64,000 nt of DNA from assembly GCA_030740155.1 (NCBI GenBank), contig JASLXV010000080.1, positions 32,001 to 96,000 of the forward strand, written 5' to 3'. Below the pieces are notes generated by a model. The model was given only the letters and a program-made list of their open reading frames with translations. It had not been told where the DNA came from and did not search any database. This document shows positions 23,528-34,228 of this stretch, in pieces. The position numbers and the translations under genes are program-made. The stretch is from Dehalococcoidia bacterium. GTDB taxonomy: Bacteria; Chloroflexota; Dehalococcoidia; Lucifugimonadales; UBA3495. The stretch's first letter is position 1; every line of letters starts with the position of its first letter.

Positions 23528-26500
23528 TAAATCGTCTCCAGTGGTAGATAAAGCTCGGTGTCATCGGAGGTTCTCCGGGTTAGTGAAGGCCGGTCGTCCT
23601 CATTCAACAGCTCCACGGACAGCCCCAGGCTCTGGAGTTCCTTGAGCAAGACGTTGAATGATTCCGGCACTCCGGGCTGGCCGATGGGCTCGCCTTTCAC
23701 TACTGCCTCGTAGGTCTTGACACGCCCCGCCACATCATCGGATTTTACCGTCAACACCTCCTGCAAGTTGTAGGCCGCGCTGTAGGCTTCCAGTGCCCAG
23801 ACTTCCATCTCGCCGAACCGCTGGCCGCCGAATTGGGCCTTCCCGCCCAGCGGCTGCTGGGTGATCATGGAATAAGGCCCGGTTGACCGGGCGTGGATCT
23901 TGTCTTCCACAAGGTGAATGAGTTTCAAAATGTAGATGCTGCCCACCGTTACCAGTTGGTCGAAGGGCTCTCCGCTACGGCCGTCGAATAGCTCGAACTT
24001 GCCAAAGGTGGGGGGTGAGATACGTTTTTCACGGTGGACCTTCAACGCCAAGTCGTGCAACTCGGCGGGGTCCAGCCCTTCCGTTTCTTCGCCGGCCGCG
24101 TCCTTAAGCCATAGACGCAAGCACGCCGCTTGGGCCGCTCCCCTCACCGATTCATCGAAGAGGTGCCGGCCATCGAAGCCCCTCTCCTCCAGCCAGCTAT
24201 ACGCCCGGGAGTAGTCGATCCAGGGAGCGTCGTCGTTGGGGCTGGCCTCGTTGGCCTCGGCTTGCTGAACGAACCAGACCCGGGCCAGGGCGTCTTCAAT
24301 GGAGACATCCCGGGCGCCGTCGAACACCGGCGTGTTGGCCCGGAAGTGCAGGTTATGGGCCGCCCAGCCAAGGTGGGTTTCCAGCACCTGCCCAAGGTTC
24401 ATCCGAGAAGGTACACCGATGGGGTTCAGGATGATGTCCACCGGGACGCCGTCGGCCAGGTAGGGCATGTCCTCCTCGGGCAGGATGCGGGCGACGACAC
24501 CCTTGTTGCCGTGACGGCCGGCCATCTTGTCCCCGACGGATATCTTCCGGGTCTGGGCAATCCACACGCGTACTGCTTCGTTGACGCCGGGCGATAGGTC
24601 GTCCCGGTTGGCCCGGTCCAGCACCTTAACGTCGATGACCTTGCCTCGCTCGCCGTGAGGCACCCGCAAGGAGGTGTCTTTAACGTCGCGGGACTTTTCT
24701 CCGAAGATGGCTCGCAGCAGCTTCTCTTCCGCGGTAAGCTCGGTTTCACCCTTGGGGGTAACCTTGCCCACCAGAATGTCCCCGGGACCGACATCGGCGC
24801 CGACTCGAATGATGCCCCTCTCGTCCAGGTCGCGGAGACTTGCCTCACCCACGTTCGGGATGTCCCTGGTGATCTCCTCGGGACCCAGCTTGGTTTCCCG
24901 GGCTTCCATCTCGTGTTTCTCGATGTGGGTCGAGGTGAAGTAGTCGTCCTTGACCAGCCTCTCGCTGACGATGATGGCGTCCTCGTAGTTGTAGCCCTCC
25001 CAAGACATGAAGGCGACCACCACGTTCTGGCCCAGGGCCAAATCCCCGTGGTCGGTGGAAGAGCTGTCGGCCAGAACGTCCCCCCTGTCCACGGTGTCGC
25101 CCTTGGCCACGATTGCCCGCTGGTCGAAGCAGGTCCCCTGGTTGGTGCGGGCAAATTTAATCAGAGGGTGATTGTGCGCTTCCCCCTCTCGGTCCATGAC
25201 CACGATCTCGCGGCCGGTTACCGCCGTCACCGTGCCGGACGTCAGGGAGAGCACCACCTGGCCGCTGTCCCGGGCCACCCGGCTCTCGATCCCGGTGCCC
25301 ACCACCGGCGCCTGGGGCCGGAGTAGCGGCACCGCCTGGCGCTGCATGTTGGATCCCATGAGGGCGCGGTTGGCGTCGTCATGCTCCAGGAACGGGATGA
25401 GGGCTGCCGACACGCTCATGATTTGCATCGGGGAGACGTCCATCAGGTCTACGGAGTCCGGCGTGTCCTCGGTATAGGTCTCACCGACCCGGACTTCCAC
25501 CCGGTCTTCAATGAACTGGTTCCGGCGGTCCAACAGGGAGTTGGCCTGGGCCACCCGGAAGGTCTCCTCTTGGTCTGCCGATAGGTAGATGACTTCGTCC
25601 TCACCGGAGGCCACGAAAGGCCGGACGGGCACCGACGTGCCCTGAGGCAGCTCGCGCACTGCGGCGAGCTTCTTACCGTTGATGAGCCTTCCCTTGGCGA
25701 CGATAAGCTGGCCGGATTCATCCACCACGTCAGCGCCGGCGATGCGCCCGTCCATCTCCGGGGCGTCGCTGGGCAGGCTCTTCAATACCCGGCGATACGG
25801 GGACTCGATGAAGCCGTAGGCGTTGATCCGGGCGTAGGATGCCAGAGAGCTGAGCAGGCCGATGTTGGGGCCTTCCGGCGTCTCAATGGGGCAAATCCGC
25901 CCGTAGTGGGAGAAGTGGACGTCCCGCACGTCGAACCCGGCCCGTTCCCTGGATAGGCCACCGGGGCCCAGGGCCGACAGGCGGCGCTTGTGGGTCAACT
26001 CGGCCAGGGGGTTGGTCTGGTCCATGAATTGGGACAACTGGGAGCCCCCGAAGAACTCCCTGACCGCCGCTACCACCGGCCGAATGTTGACCAGACCCTG
26101 GGGGGCGGCGGTTTCCGGGTCCACCAGGGTCATCTTCTCCTTGACCATCCGCTCCATGCGCAGCAGGCCGACGCGCACCTGGTTTTGCACCAACTCGCCC
26201 ACGGCCCTAACCCGGCGGTTGCCCAGGTGGTCGATGTCGTCGGGGCGTCCCTGTCCCTGGTTAACCAGGATCATGGTGCGAATTACGGCCACCACGTCGT
26301 CCAGGCTCAGGGTCATCAGCGAGGAGTTGCTGGTCTGGGCCAGCCTGCGGTTCAGCTTGTAGCGGCCCACCCGGCCCAGGTCGTAGCGCCGGGCGCTGAA
26401 GAACAGGTTCCGGATCAGGTTTCGAGAGTTTTCCAGGCTGGGAGGCTCGCCCGGCCGCAGACGCCGGTAGAACTCGATCTGGGCGGCGGCGATGCGCTTG

Positions 26501-27303
26501 GCCTGTTCGCTGACGAACTCGAAATCGGGACGGAGCCACTCCCAGAGGGAGCGTAGGTCGTCTTCCCGGAAGTTCATATCCTTGACTTCAGAGGCAGGGT
26601 CCCGGTCCAGGGTGGACTGAATGTACCGGTGGTTTTCGTCGGTGTCCACCTCCTCGAACAGTTCGAGCAATTCTTCGTCTGTGGCCACTCCCAGCGCCCG
26701 GAGGAAGGTAGTGGCCGACACCTTGCGTTTGCGGTCTACCTTGACCGAGAGCACATCCTTGGAGCTGGTTTCGAATTCCAACCAGGCGCCCCGGGAGGGG
26801 ATCAGCTTGGCGAAGCAAAGGCTCCGGTCGCTCGCCAGGTTCTTCTCGTACACGAAGTAGATGCCGGGGGAACGCACCAGCTGGCTGACCACCACGCGCT
26901 CGGCGCCGTTTATAATGAAGGTGCCATTGGGAGTCATCATGGGTATATCACCCATGAATATCTCCTGTTCCTTGATCTCCCCGGTGTCTTTCATCACTAG
27001 ACGGGTTTTGACGTAGAGGGGCTGGGAGAAGGTGATTTCCCGTTCTTTGCTCTCTTGAGGAGTGTATTTGGGTGTCCAGAAGTAGTGTTCCTGGAAATGA
27101 AGTTCGTACTTCTTTCCGGTGTAGTCTTCAATGGGAGAGATTTCCACGTAGACTTCGCGGAGCGCATCGGTCTTGAACCAGTCCCAAGACTGGATCTGGC
27201 CCTGGATGAGGTTGGGGACATCTAATACTTGCGGGATTCGGGCGTAAGACTTAATATCAGGAAGTTGCAAAGCATGTCTATCCGGCGCAGGGGGCAAACC
27301 CAT
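23527..27303 (-). CDS. rpoB: DNA-directed RNA polymerase subunit beta
   Basis: [35 protein letters not shown] and [14 protein letters not shown] overlap with rpoC. Confidence 0.99.
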   Translation of the reverse strand: MGLPPAPDRHALQLPDIKSYARIPQVLDVPNLIQGQIQSWDWFKTDALREVYVEISPIEDYTGKKYELHFQEHYFWTPKYTPQESKEREITFSQPLYVKTRLVMKDTGEIKEQEIFMGDIPMMTPNGTFIINGAERVVVSQLVRSPGIYFVYEKNLASDRSLCFAKLIPSRGAWLEFETSSKDVLSVKVDRKRKVSATTFLRALGVATDEELLELFEEVDTDENHRYIQSTLDRDPASEVKDMNFREDDLRSLWEWLRPDFEFVSEQAKRIAAAQIEFYRRLRPGEPPSLENSRNLIRNLFFSARRYDLGRVGRYKLNRRLAQTSNSSLMTLSLDDVVAVIRTMILVNQGQGRPDDIDHLGNRRVRAVGELVQNQVRVGLLRMERMVKEKMTLVDPETAAPQGLVNIRPVVAAVREFFGGSQLSQFMDQTNPLAELTHKRRLSALGPGGLSRERAGFDVRDVHFSHYGRICPIETPEGPNIGLLSSLASYARINAYGFIESPYRRVLKSLPSDAPEMDGRIAGADVVDESGQLIVAKGRLINGKKLAAVRELPQGTSVPVRPFVASGEDEVIYLSADQEETFRVAQANSLLDRRNQFIEDRVEVRVGETYTEDTPDSVDLMDVSPMQIMSVSAALIPFLEHDDANRALMGSNMQRQAVPLLRPQAPVVGTGIESRVARDSGQVVLSLTSGTVTAVTGREIVVMDREGEAHNHPLIKFARTNQGTCFDQRAIVAKGDTVDRGDVLADSSSTDHGDLALGQNVVVAFMSWEGYNYEDAIIVSERLVKDDYFTSTHIEKHEMEARETKLGPEEITRDIPNVGEASLRDLDERGIIRVGADVGPGDILVGKVTPKGETELTAEEKLLRAIFGEKSRDVKDTSLRVPHGERGKVIDVKVLDRANRDDLSPGVNEAVRVWIAQTRKISVGDKMAGRHGNKGVVARILPEEDMPYLADGVPVDIILNPIGVPSRMNLGQVLETHLGWAAHNLHFRANTPVFDGARDVSIEDALARVWFVQQAEANEASPNDDAPWIDYSRAYSWLEERGFDGRHLFDESVRGAAQAACLRLWLKDAAGEETEGLDPAELHDLALKVHREKRISPPTFGKFELFDGRSGEPFDQLVTVGSIYILKLIHLVEDKIHARSTGPYSMITQQPLGGKAQFGGQRFGEMEVWALEAYSAAYNLQEVLTVKSDDVAGRVKTYEAVVKGEPIGQPGVPESFNVLLKELQSLGLSVELLNEDDRPSLTRRTSDDTELYLPLETI

Positions 27304-27440
27304 TTCCCATTCTCCTCAGGGCGAGTGAATAAATCGGTCGGGGTGACCGGAGCAACGGCTCGAAAGAGGAATTACTTAAGTCGAGGTCGGCTAGAGGGAT
27401 GACAGAAGTCGTGGCTTGTGGCATATACCCGTAACCTTTT

Positions 27441-27468
27441 ATTATACAGGCACGCCGCTTGTTGTCAA
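27441..27468 (-). promoter_or_regulatory. Consensus sigma70 promoter of rpoBC
   Basis: TTGACA (27468-27463), 16 nt, TATAAT (27446-27441), about 140 nt upstream of the rpoB ATG. Confidence 0.8.
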
Positions 27469-27635
27469 GAGTTTACATGTGAATATTGCCGCGAGTTCAC
27501 CATACCACTCCAACCGAGAGGGGACGGGCTCTCTGTCGTCGTGACTCCGGAACATTCGGCCAACCGTGATGAGACCTCCAGCCTCCCTGGCTCCTTGTCT
27601 GGACTCCACGGCCCGCGGCGATTAGCTGGCCTACG

Positions 27636-28979
27636 ATGGTGAAATTCCGCCTGGATCCGGCCAACCTGACCTTTGCCGGCCAGAAGATTCATTACGCCTG
27701 GGTGGTGGTGGGGCTGGCGGCCTTGATGCGGCTGACCAGCTCTTCTTTCAGGACATCCTCCAGTGTGTTGATCCCGCGGCTCGTGGAATCCTTTGGTTGG
27801 AGCTACGGCGCCGTGGGACTGGGGTTCTCCATCCAGTGGATCGTCTCCGGGCTTTTCGGCCCTCTGGCCGGCGGGATGGGCGACCGCTACGGCGTCCGGG
27901 TCACCATGGTGGTGGGAGCCCTCCTGTTCATTGCTGGCATGGTGCTAACTGGCACTATGTCCCATTTGTGGCAGTTCTACCTCTTCTTTGGGGTCCTGCT
28001 CAGCTCCGCCATGGGAATATTCCAAGTACCTCTGACCGCGGCGGTTACCCTCTGGTTCAGGAAGCACCTGGGTGTTGGCATCGGCATTTTGCAGGCCTCT
28101 CAGGGCTTGGGGCCTCTGGTAGCTGTCCCCATTATGCTTTTCATCCTCAACTGGTTCGGAGGGGGAGTTGACGGCATCAGGGCGGCTTTCTGGCTCCCCG
28201 GGCTGGCTGGGGGGGCCGCCCTTCTCCTGCTGATAACGCTGTTCCACAATGAGCCGGCCGACCTGGGGCTTCGTCCCCTGGGCGCCTCGTCGGAGGAACT
28301 CATACGGAGGCTGCAAAGAGGTGAGGTGGCCCGAGCCAGAAGCAAGGCATTTCTCCATCAGGTCCAGCGTACCACCACCTTCTGGAACCTGATCGGCATC
28401 CACTTCTGGGGATGCGCCGGCCACTCCATCATAATCGTCTACTTGGTGGCCATGGCCGAAGCCAAGGGCGTAACCGAGGCCGCAGCGGCCGGGACTTTCG
28501 TCGCCCTCACGGTGTCCAGTTCTATCACCCGGTTCGTGGTCCCCGTCGTCGCCGACCGCGTGGGAAGCAAATGGGCCATGGGGACGAGTTTCTTCCTCCA
28601 GACCGCCCCGGTACTTATGCTCTTCTTCGCCAACGAGCCCTGGATGTTCTACGTTTTCGCCACCATGTTCGGTATCGGATTTGGCGGCGAGATGAGCGCT
28701 TTCCCCATAATCAACCGCCAGTACTACGGCGGCGCCCCCATCGGCGCCACCTTCGGCTGGCAGATGATGGGATCGGGCGTCGGCATGGCGGCAGGGTCCT
28801 TGGCCGGGGGGCAGCTGCGAGACCTGACCGGCGACTTCACTGCCACCATAGCTCTTTCTTTCACGATGAGCTTGATTGGCGTACTATCCATCCTACTGCT
28901 GCCTGCCACCACCCGTCCCTTGCTTCCCGACTGGGAGGAAGCGTTGCCCGAGGAGATTCGCTCTCCCGCTCCGCCGTAG
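27636..28979 (+). CDS. MFS transporter
   Basis: About 12 TM segments; motif A GGMGDRYGVR; WFRKHLG. Confidence 0.9.
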   Translation: MVKFRLDPANLTFAGQKIHYAWVVVGLAALMRLTSSSFRTSSSVLIPRLVESFGWSYGAVGLGFSIQWIVSGLFGPLAGGMGDRYGVRVTMVVGALLFIAGMVLTGTMSHLWQFYLFFGVLLSSAMGIFQVPLTAAVTLWFRKHLGVGIGILQASQGLGPLVAVPIMLFILNWFGGGVDGIRAAFWLPGLAGGAALLLLITLFHNEPADLGLRPLGASSEELIRRLQRGEVARARSKAFLHQVQRTTTFWNLIGIHFWGCAGHSIIIVYLVAMAEAKGVTEAAAAGTFVALTVSSSITRFVVPVVADRVGSKWAMGTSFFLQTAPVLMLFFANEPWMFYVFATMFGIGFGGEMSAFPIINRQYYGGAPIGATFGWQMMGSGVGMAAGSLAGGQLRDLTGDFTATIALSFTMSLIGVLSILLLPATTRPLLPDWEEALPEEIRSPAPP

Positions 28980-29120
28980 ACTCGTAGCGGCGTGGCGGGC
29001 CGTTCCGGGTTCGGGTTCCAGCGGCTTGGAGCAACATCTGATGCGGTTTCGTGCGAGCCTGAGGGCTTTGTGCTAAACTCCGGTGGCAGTTGGCAACTAG
29101 GCTCGAATGGAGGTGGCAAG

Positions 29121-30545
29121 ATGCTAGATTTGATCATTCGCGGCGGTCAGGTGGTAGCCCCATGGGGAGTGGGCGAATGGGACGTGGCGGTCCAGGGTGA
29201 GAAGATCGTCGCCGTCGCCGCCCCGGGGACCCTGACCGAAGATGCGGTCCGGATTATTGACGCCTCCGGCAAGGTTGTCGTGCCCGGTGGAATCGAGCCG
29301 CATGCCCACATCGCCGCGCCGATAATGGGGCAGGGAGACCTGAAAACCGCTCCACCGGAGCAGGTGAGCCGGGCCGCGCTCTTCGGCGGCACCACCACCC
29401 TTCTGGACTTTGCCATCCAATTTCCCGGCACCGATGTCAACCAGGCAATCCAGGAGCGAACGTCCGTCTGGAAAGGGAAATCCTACTCCGACTACGCCCA
29501 CCACTTAATGCTGTGCGGCGCGCTTTCGGACAACATGTTTGGCCAACTGGGTGAGGCTGTTGAAGACGGATTCTCCACGTTTAAGATCTTCACCACCAAC
29601 GTCCGCCCGGCCTCCAGCTCAGGCGAGCCGCGCATGGTCCGCATGGGCCACCTGCACGACCTCATGGAGCGGGTGCAGCGCCTGGGGGCCATGCTGATGG
29701 TCCACTCGGAGGACGACGACATGGTCCAGCACATGTACGAGAAGCTGGCCCAAGAGGAGCGAACCGAGTGGTGGAACATGCACTTGGTGCACAGCAACGA
29801 GTCCGAGGACGTGTCCATCCGGCGGGTGTTGCGGGTCTCCGAGTGGACCGGATCGCCGGTGTACTTCGTCCACGTGAGCGCCAAGCAGGGGCTGGAAGCG
29901 ATACAGGAGGCCCGGGCCAAGGGGATGCCGGTCTACGGTGAGACCCTCCACAATTACTGCTGCTTCAACTCCGACGACTACAAAGAGGAGTACGGGATGA
30001 AGTACCACACCTATCCCTCGCTCAAGTCGGAGGAAGACCGGAGGGCGCTCTGGGACGGCATTGTTCGGGGCGGCCTGAGCACCATGGCCACCGACGAATA
30101 CTGCACCTCTTGGAAGGTCAAGGTCGCCGGCAAGCTGGTATCCAACGTAACCGGGGGGCACAACGGCGCTGAAACCCGGCTCGGGATCACCTACAGCGAA
30201 GGGGTCTCCAAACGGGGGATGTCCCTGCAGCGGTTCGTAGACGTGACCTCGGCCAACGCCGCCAAGATCATGGGGCTCTACCCGCGCAAGGGTGTCATCG
30301 CACCGGGCAGCGATGCCGACATCGTGTTCATCGACCCCGGCTTCAAGAGGCCGCTGGCCATGTCTGACTTCCACATCACGGACTACAGTATCTGGGAAGG
30401 GTTTGACGTCGCGGGCTGGCCGGTGCTGACGATTCTGCGGGGCAAGGTGGTGGTGGAGAACGGCGAACTCAAGTCCAGCCTGGGCAGCGGCAAGTTCATT
30501 CCTCGCAAGGTGGACCCGGAGTTCGCCAGCCGGCCTGCCTGCTAG
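29121..30545 (+). CDS. Dihydropyrimidinase/hydantoinase-like cyclic amidohydrolase
   Basis: PGGIEPHAH, GGTTT, FKIF, HSED, HVS, TD, NAAKIMGLYPRKG and GSDADIV; ATG after GGAGGT. Confidence 0.85.
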   Translation: MLDLIIRGGQVVAPWGVGEWDVAVQGEKIVAVAAPGTLTEDAVRIIDASGKVVVPGGIEPHAHIAAPIMGQGDLKTAPPEQVSRAALFGGTTTLLDFAIQFPGTDVNQAIQERTSVWKGKSYSDYAHHLMLCGALSDNMFGQLGEAVEDGFSTFKIFTTNVRPASSSGEPRMVRMGHLHDLMERVQRLGAMLMVHSEDDDMVQHMYEKLAQEERTEWWNMHLVHSNESEDVSIRRVLRVSEWTGSPVYFVHVSAKQGLEAIQEARAKGMPVYGETLHNYCCFNSDDYKEEYGMKYHTYPSLKSEEDRRALWDGIVRGGLSTMATDEYCTSWKVKVAGKLVSNVTGGHNGAETRLGITYSEGVSKRGMSLQRFVDVTSANAAKIMGLYPRKGVIAPGSDADIVFIDPGFKRPLAMSDFHITDYSIWEGFDVAGWPVLTILRGKVVVENGELKSSLGSGKFIPRKVDPEFASRPAC

Positions 30546-30648
30546 CCGCCCTGCGCCGCAGGCTGGGCTGAGGGGTGGCCAGCGCACCACCGGATGCAGT
30601 TGGCCACCGGCAGCATTGCGCGATTCCGTCTAAAAGGACCGCCGCGCC

Positions 30649-31077
30649 TCAGTTGTTGGGCGCCCCCTCCCGAATCCACTCCACGAGCAGGGCAATATCC
30701 TGGTCCGGGAGGGGCGAACCGGCCAGAGGCATCCGCGGCTGAAGCTCCCCGGTGAGCCGCTGGACCAGGATGCTTTTTGCCGGGTCGCCCGGCACGACTA
30801 CCTGGTTGGCAGTGCTCCCCGCCATCAATGAGTCGTAGGAGTCTAGGTAAAGACCCATCTGGCCGCCGTGGCATCGAACACAGTTCCTCGTCAAGATAGG
30901 GCGTACGTCCCTGCTGAAGCTCACAACAGCCTGACCGCCCGGGGTCGACGTGGGTGCGGGGGTTACCGCGGGACGCGGCGCCACGGGCGCCATCATTCCC
31001 CGGTTCGACATCATCCCGCAGGATCCCAATAAGGCCGCCAACGCCACTAGGAGAACGATCAAATACGATGATCGCAT
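30649..31077 (-). CDS. Lipoprotein with planctomycete-type cytochrome c domain
   Basis: Lipobox LLGSC, VSFSRDVRPIL, heme motif CVRCH, MP axial Met and WIREGA. Confidence 0.85.
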   Translation of the reverse strand: MRSSYLIVLLVALAALLGSCGMMSNRGMMAPVAPRPAVTPAPTSTPGGQAVVSFSRDVRPILTRNCVRCHGGQMGLYLDSYDSLMAGSTANQVVVPGDPAKSILVQRLTGELQPRMPLAGSPLPDQDIALLVEWIREGAPNN

Positions 31078-31269
31078 CGCTGGGACCCCAGTGTCCCCGC
31101 CCCACCTTTTTAGCCACGAGGGACTGTCGATGTTTCATCGACACCTTCGTTGAATCAACATAACGCGGCTTTCCGCCGTGTCCTTGGCCCCAGCATGATC
31201 ACGGGGACCCGCGGACGCCATCGGCAACCTGGCGCTTGGGATACTCAAGAAGCTCCCACATCGAGCCGG

Positions 31270-32510
31270 CTATCCCCGTAGCACTCCGTGGCGCTCCAGG
31301 ATGCGGGCCAGTTCGGCCACGCCGTCGGAGATCGTCTGGGCCGAGGGGTGGCCGAAGCACAGCCGGATGCAGTTGGCCCCCCGGCCTTCCGGCGAGAATT
31401 GGCTACCGTTGTAGTAGCTGACCCCTTCGTTGAAAACCTGCTCCTGGATCGCGGCCAGGTCGGCGCCCTCGGGGAACTCCACCCATATGTACAGCCCGCC
31501 CTCGGGTTTGCTCCAGGTGGCGGCGCTGCCAAAATTCTCGCCCAGGGAGGCCAGCATCGCGTCCCGTTTCACCCTTAGCGACCGGTTCTGCTCGTCGATG
31601 TGCTGGTACATGTCGTGCTTAAGGTACTCCTCCAGGGCCAGCGCCGCAAACTCGTTGACCCCCCCGCCGGCTTTGAAGCCGATGGCCCGTTGCACCACCG
31701 CCTCGGGGGCGACCAGGTAGCCCATCCGCATGCCCGGCGCGACCAGCTTGGAAAAGGAGCCGACGTACATCACCCGGCCCGTCTCGTCCAGCGAGTGGAA
31801 TGAGGTCACGTCCTCCCCTTCGAAGCGCAGGTCCACGTAGCAATCGTCCTCGAAAATCGGGACCCCGTATTCCCTGGTGATGTCCAGAATCCGGTGTCGC
31901 CGTTCCAGGGGCAGAGTCCAGCCCAAGGGGTTCTGGAAAGCGGGTATGGTGTAGAGGTACTTGGGTTTCTTGCCCTCACCCGAAAGCCGCTTCAGGGTCG
32001 CCTCCAGCTCCTCGGGTACGATGCCCTGGTTGTCGCACTTGAGGCTCACCACGTCCGCGCCATAGCGCCGGAGCTGGCGCAGGCTGCCCAGGTAGACAAA
32101 CTCCTCGGCGAGCACCACGTCTCCCGGATCGGTCAAAGTCTGTATGAGCATCGCGATGGCCTCGCCGGAGCCGGCGGTCAGGACCACGTCGCCTGGGCTC
32201 ACCGTCATGTTGCGGTCGCGGGTCAGCTTCTCGGCCACCAGCTGGCGGAGGGACAACAGCCCGGCGGCCGCGGGATAGTAGGCCAGGTCCCTTCCCTCCC
32301 GGTCGAGTGCTACCTTGAGGGCGTCGGCCAACCCCTCCAAAGGCAACGTGTCGGGGTCGGGATAGGCCACCGCGAAGTCGTACTTGGCCCGACGCGGAGC
32401 GGCGGCGGGGGTCACCGTGGTGTTCTTGGCAAACAGGCTGTCATAGGTGAAACGGCGCGACTCTTCCAATACTGCCTCCCGGTGGCTTGAATCTATTGCG
32501 AATCCGGCAT
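31270..32510 (-). CDS. PLP-dependent aminotransferase (MocR/LysN-like, class I); start uncertain
   Basis: YTIPAFQNPLG, FEDDCY, GSFSKLVAPGMRMG and PEGGLYIW. The most plausible ATG (32510) is one base out of frame. Confidence 0.85.
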
Positions 32511-32798
32511 TGTCTCGCCCGGTTTCCTCCGAGCATGGAGTTTCCAGCGTCCTTCCATCATACATGGGCATACTGGGGTTGAAAACCGGGGTAGCGGCCA
32601 GGGGTGCCGGCCATGTTGATCCAACGTCGTGCCGGAGGTGGCCGGGGCGAGAGGCCCAGGGACAGGCGCTGGAAACAACGGGAAAGCGCCGGTTCATAGA
32701 CCGGCACCTCGCTAGTGGCTTGGCCCCCGGTCGGTCATCACTATGATCCGGACAAGAAATGGCTCGATAACCGTCCCGTCATCCTGGCGAGGCTTCTC

Positions 32799-32933
32799 TG
32801 GGTTCCGGCCTTCGCCGGAAAGACGATGGTAGGGGTGGCTCCCGGTCTCCGCTGGGATGACGAGAGTAGGGGTGGATTCCGGCCTTCGCCGGAATGACGG
32901 TGGTGGGGCTTGATTCCGGCCTTTGCTGGGACG
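32799..32933 (+). repeat. Tandem array of four REP-like units at 37-bp period
   Basis: Units start at 32799, 32836, 32873 and 32910 (consensus TGGATTCCGGCCTTCGCCGGAATGACG) and are separated by 10-nt G-rich spacers. Confidence 0.85.
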
Positions 32934-33062
32934 CTGGTTTGGTAAGGGAGTGTCGCCCGGTGTTGCCGATGCAAAGCTATCTACGTGCCTGTACCCTTCA
33001 ACGCGATCATCCATGGCGCCACGGATTGCCCGGACGGGCCAGAGGGTATCCCTGCCGGGCGG

Positions 33063-33893
33063 CTAGCCGGGCAGTTTCAAAAGGCGGGCTGCATTGCGGT
33101 ATTCCACTTTCTCCCGGACCTCGTCGCGCAAAGGGAGCTTGCGGAAGGCGTCCACCATCGGCTTGAGCGGGACGATGGGAAAGGCGGTGCCGAATAGCAG
33201 GCGGTCGGCCAGATAGGTGTTGGCCGCCTCAACCCAATGCTGGTATCCGGGCATGCTCACGCCGTAGGCGTCCGGGACGAGGTAGACGTTCGGGCGCCGG
33301 AGGGCAACTCCCAAGCATTCCATAACCCAGGGCCAGCATGCATGGCGGACGACCAGATTCACGGTGGGAAAATCGGCCGCGACACGGTCCAGATGGACCG
33401 GATTGGAGTACGAGATATCCGAACCCACCAGAGCGCTGAGGGTAAACAACACCAGGGCTCCCCGCTCCCGGCATAGCTCGTAGATCGGGTAAAGCTTGGG
33501 GTCGTCGGGGTACAGGGGCGGTACCCCCATGCTCGGTTCCACCGCTATGCCGATCAATCCCAGGTCGTCCAGACAGTGCTTGGTCTCCGCCAGGGCCTGA
33601 CTCAAGTTCGTGAATTGGACTCCCGCAAACGCGGTGAACTTGCCCGCGTACTCTTGCATCACCCCGGTCAGGTCCTCGTTCTTGGTGCCGACGCTGGGCC
33701 GGCCGTGGCACACTCCGTGCACGATCCCGGCATCATCCATCTCCTTCAGGAGCAAGCCCATGGAGAACTGCACCGCCGCCGGGGACACGGTCATGCCGAT
33801 CCGGGGCGCGAAGTTGTCCTCGGGCTTCTTTTGATACTGCTCCAGGTTGGTCAAGGACTTGTAGGGCGGCCTGAGGCTGAAGTCGATAATCAT
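33063..33893 (-). CDS. Amidohydrolase 2 family protein
   Basis: DDPKLYPIYELC, HACWPW and LLFGTAFP..NAARLL. Confidence 0.85.
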   Translation of the reverse strand: MIIDFSLRPPYKSLTNLEQYQKKPEDNFAPRIGMTVSPAAVQFSMGLLLKEMDDAGIVHGVCHGRPSVGTKNEDLTGVMQEYAGKFTAFAGVQFTNLSQALAETKHCLDDLGLIGIAVEPSMGVPPLYPDDPKLYPIYELCRERGALVLFTLSALVGSDISYSNPVHLDRVAADFPTVNLVVRHACWPWVMECLGVALRRPNVYLVPDAYGVSMPGYQHWVEAANTYLADRLLFGTAFPIVPLKPMVDAFRKLPLRDEVREKVEYRNAARLLKLPG

Positions 33894-34136
33894 AGCTCTG
33901 GACCTCGTGACTGTGATTGGCCGGTCTCACGCTGGCTGACGGCGCTGAGACCGTCGGAGGACGGCTTGTCCCGGTTCGCGGGGATTACGATGGCCGGATA
34001 GGACCGGCCTGCGCCGCTGCCATCATACGCCTTTCCACTTTGGCCCTCAAACGGGATTCCGGTGGGCGCTCCCCTATCCACGACAGAGGACCCAGGCCGG
34101 CAAGTGATTGGCCGAAAACCGTCGTGGGGGTGCATG

Positions 34137-34180
34137 AAAATCCCCCCGGCCCCGTTCGGGAAGGGGCGCCAAGGGGGATC
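34137..34180. repeat. Palindromic repeat (ATCCCCC..GGGGGAT type)
   Basis: AAAATCCCCCCGGCCCCGTTCGGGAAGGGGCGCCAAGGGGGATC nested inverted repeats. Confidence 0.5.
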
Positions 34181-34228
34181 TAGTTCAGGCTCATCGGATG
34201 CGGAGTTTTCGCCGCGCTCGGCGGTTGA

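Noticed and set aside
19268..27303. Inteins or introns in rpoB/rpoC
   Set aside because: The extra segments lack intein termini and endonuclease motifs and look like lineage-specific insertions.
32799..32933. CRISPR array
   Set aside because: Spacers are only 10 nt and resemble each other, repeats are degenerate and match dispersed REP units, and there are no cas genes.
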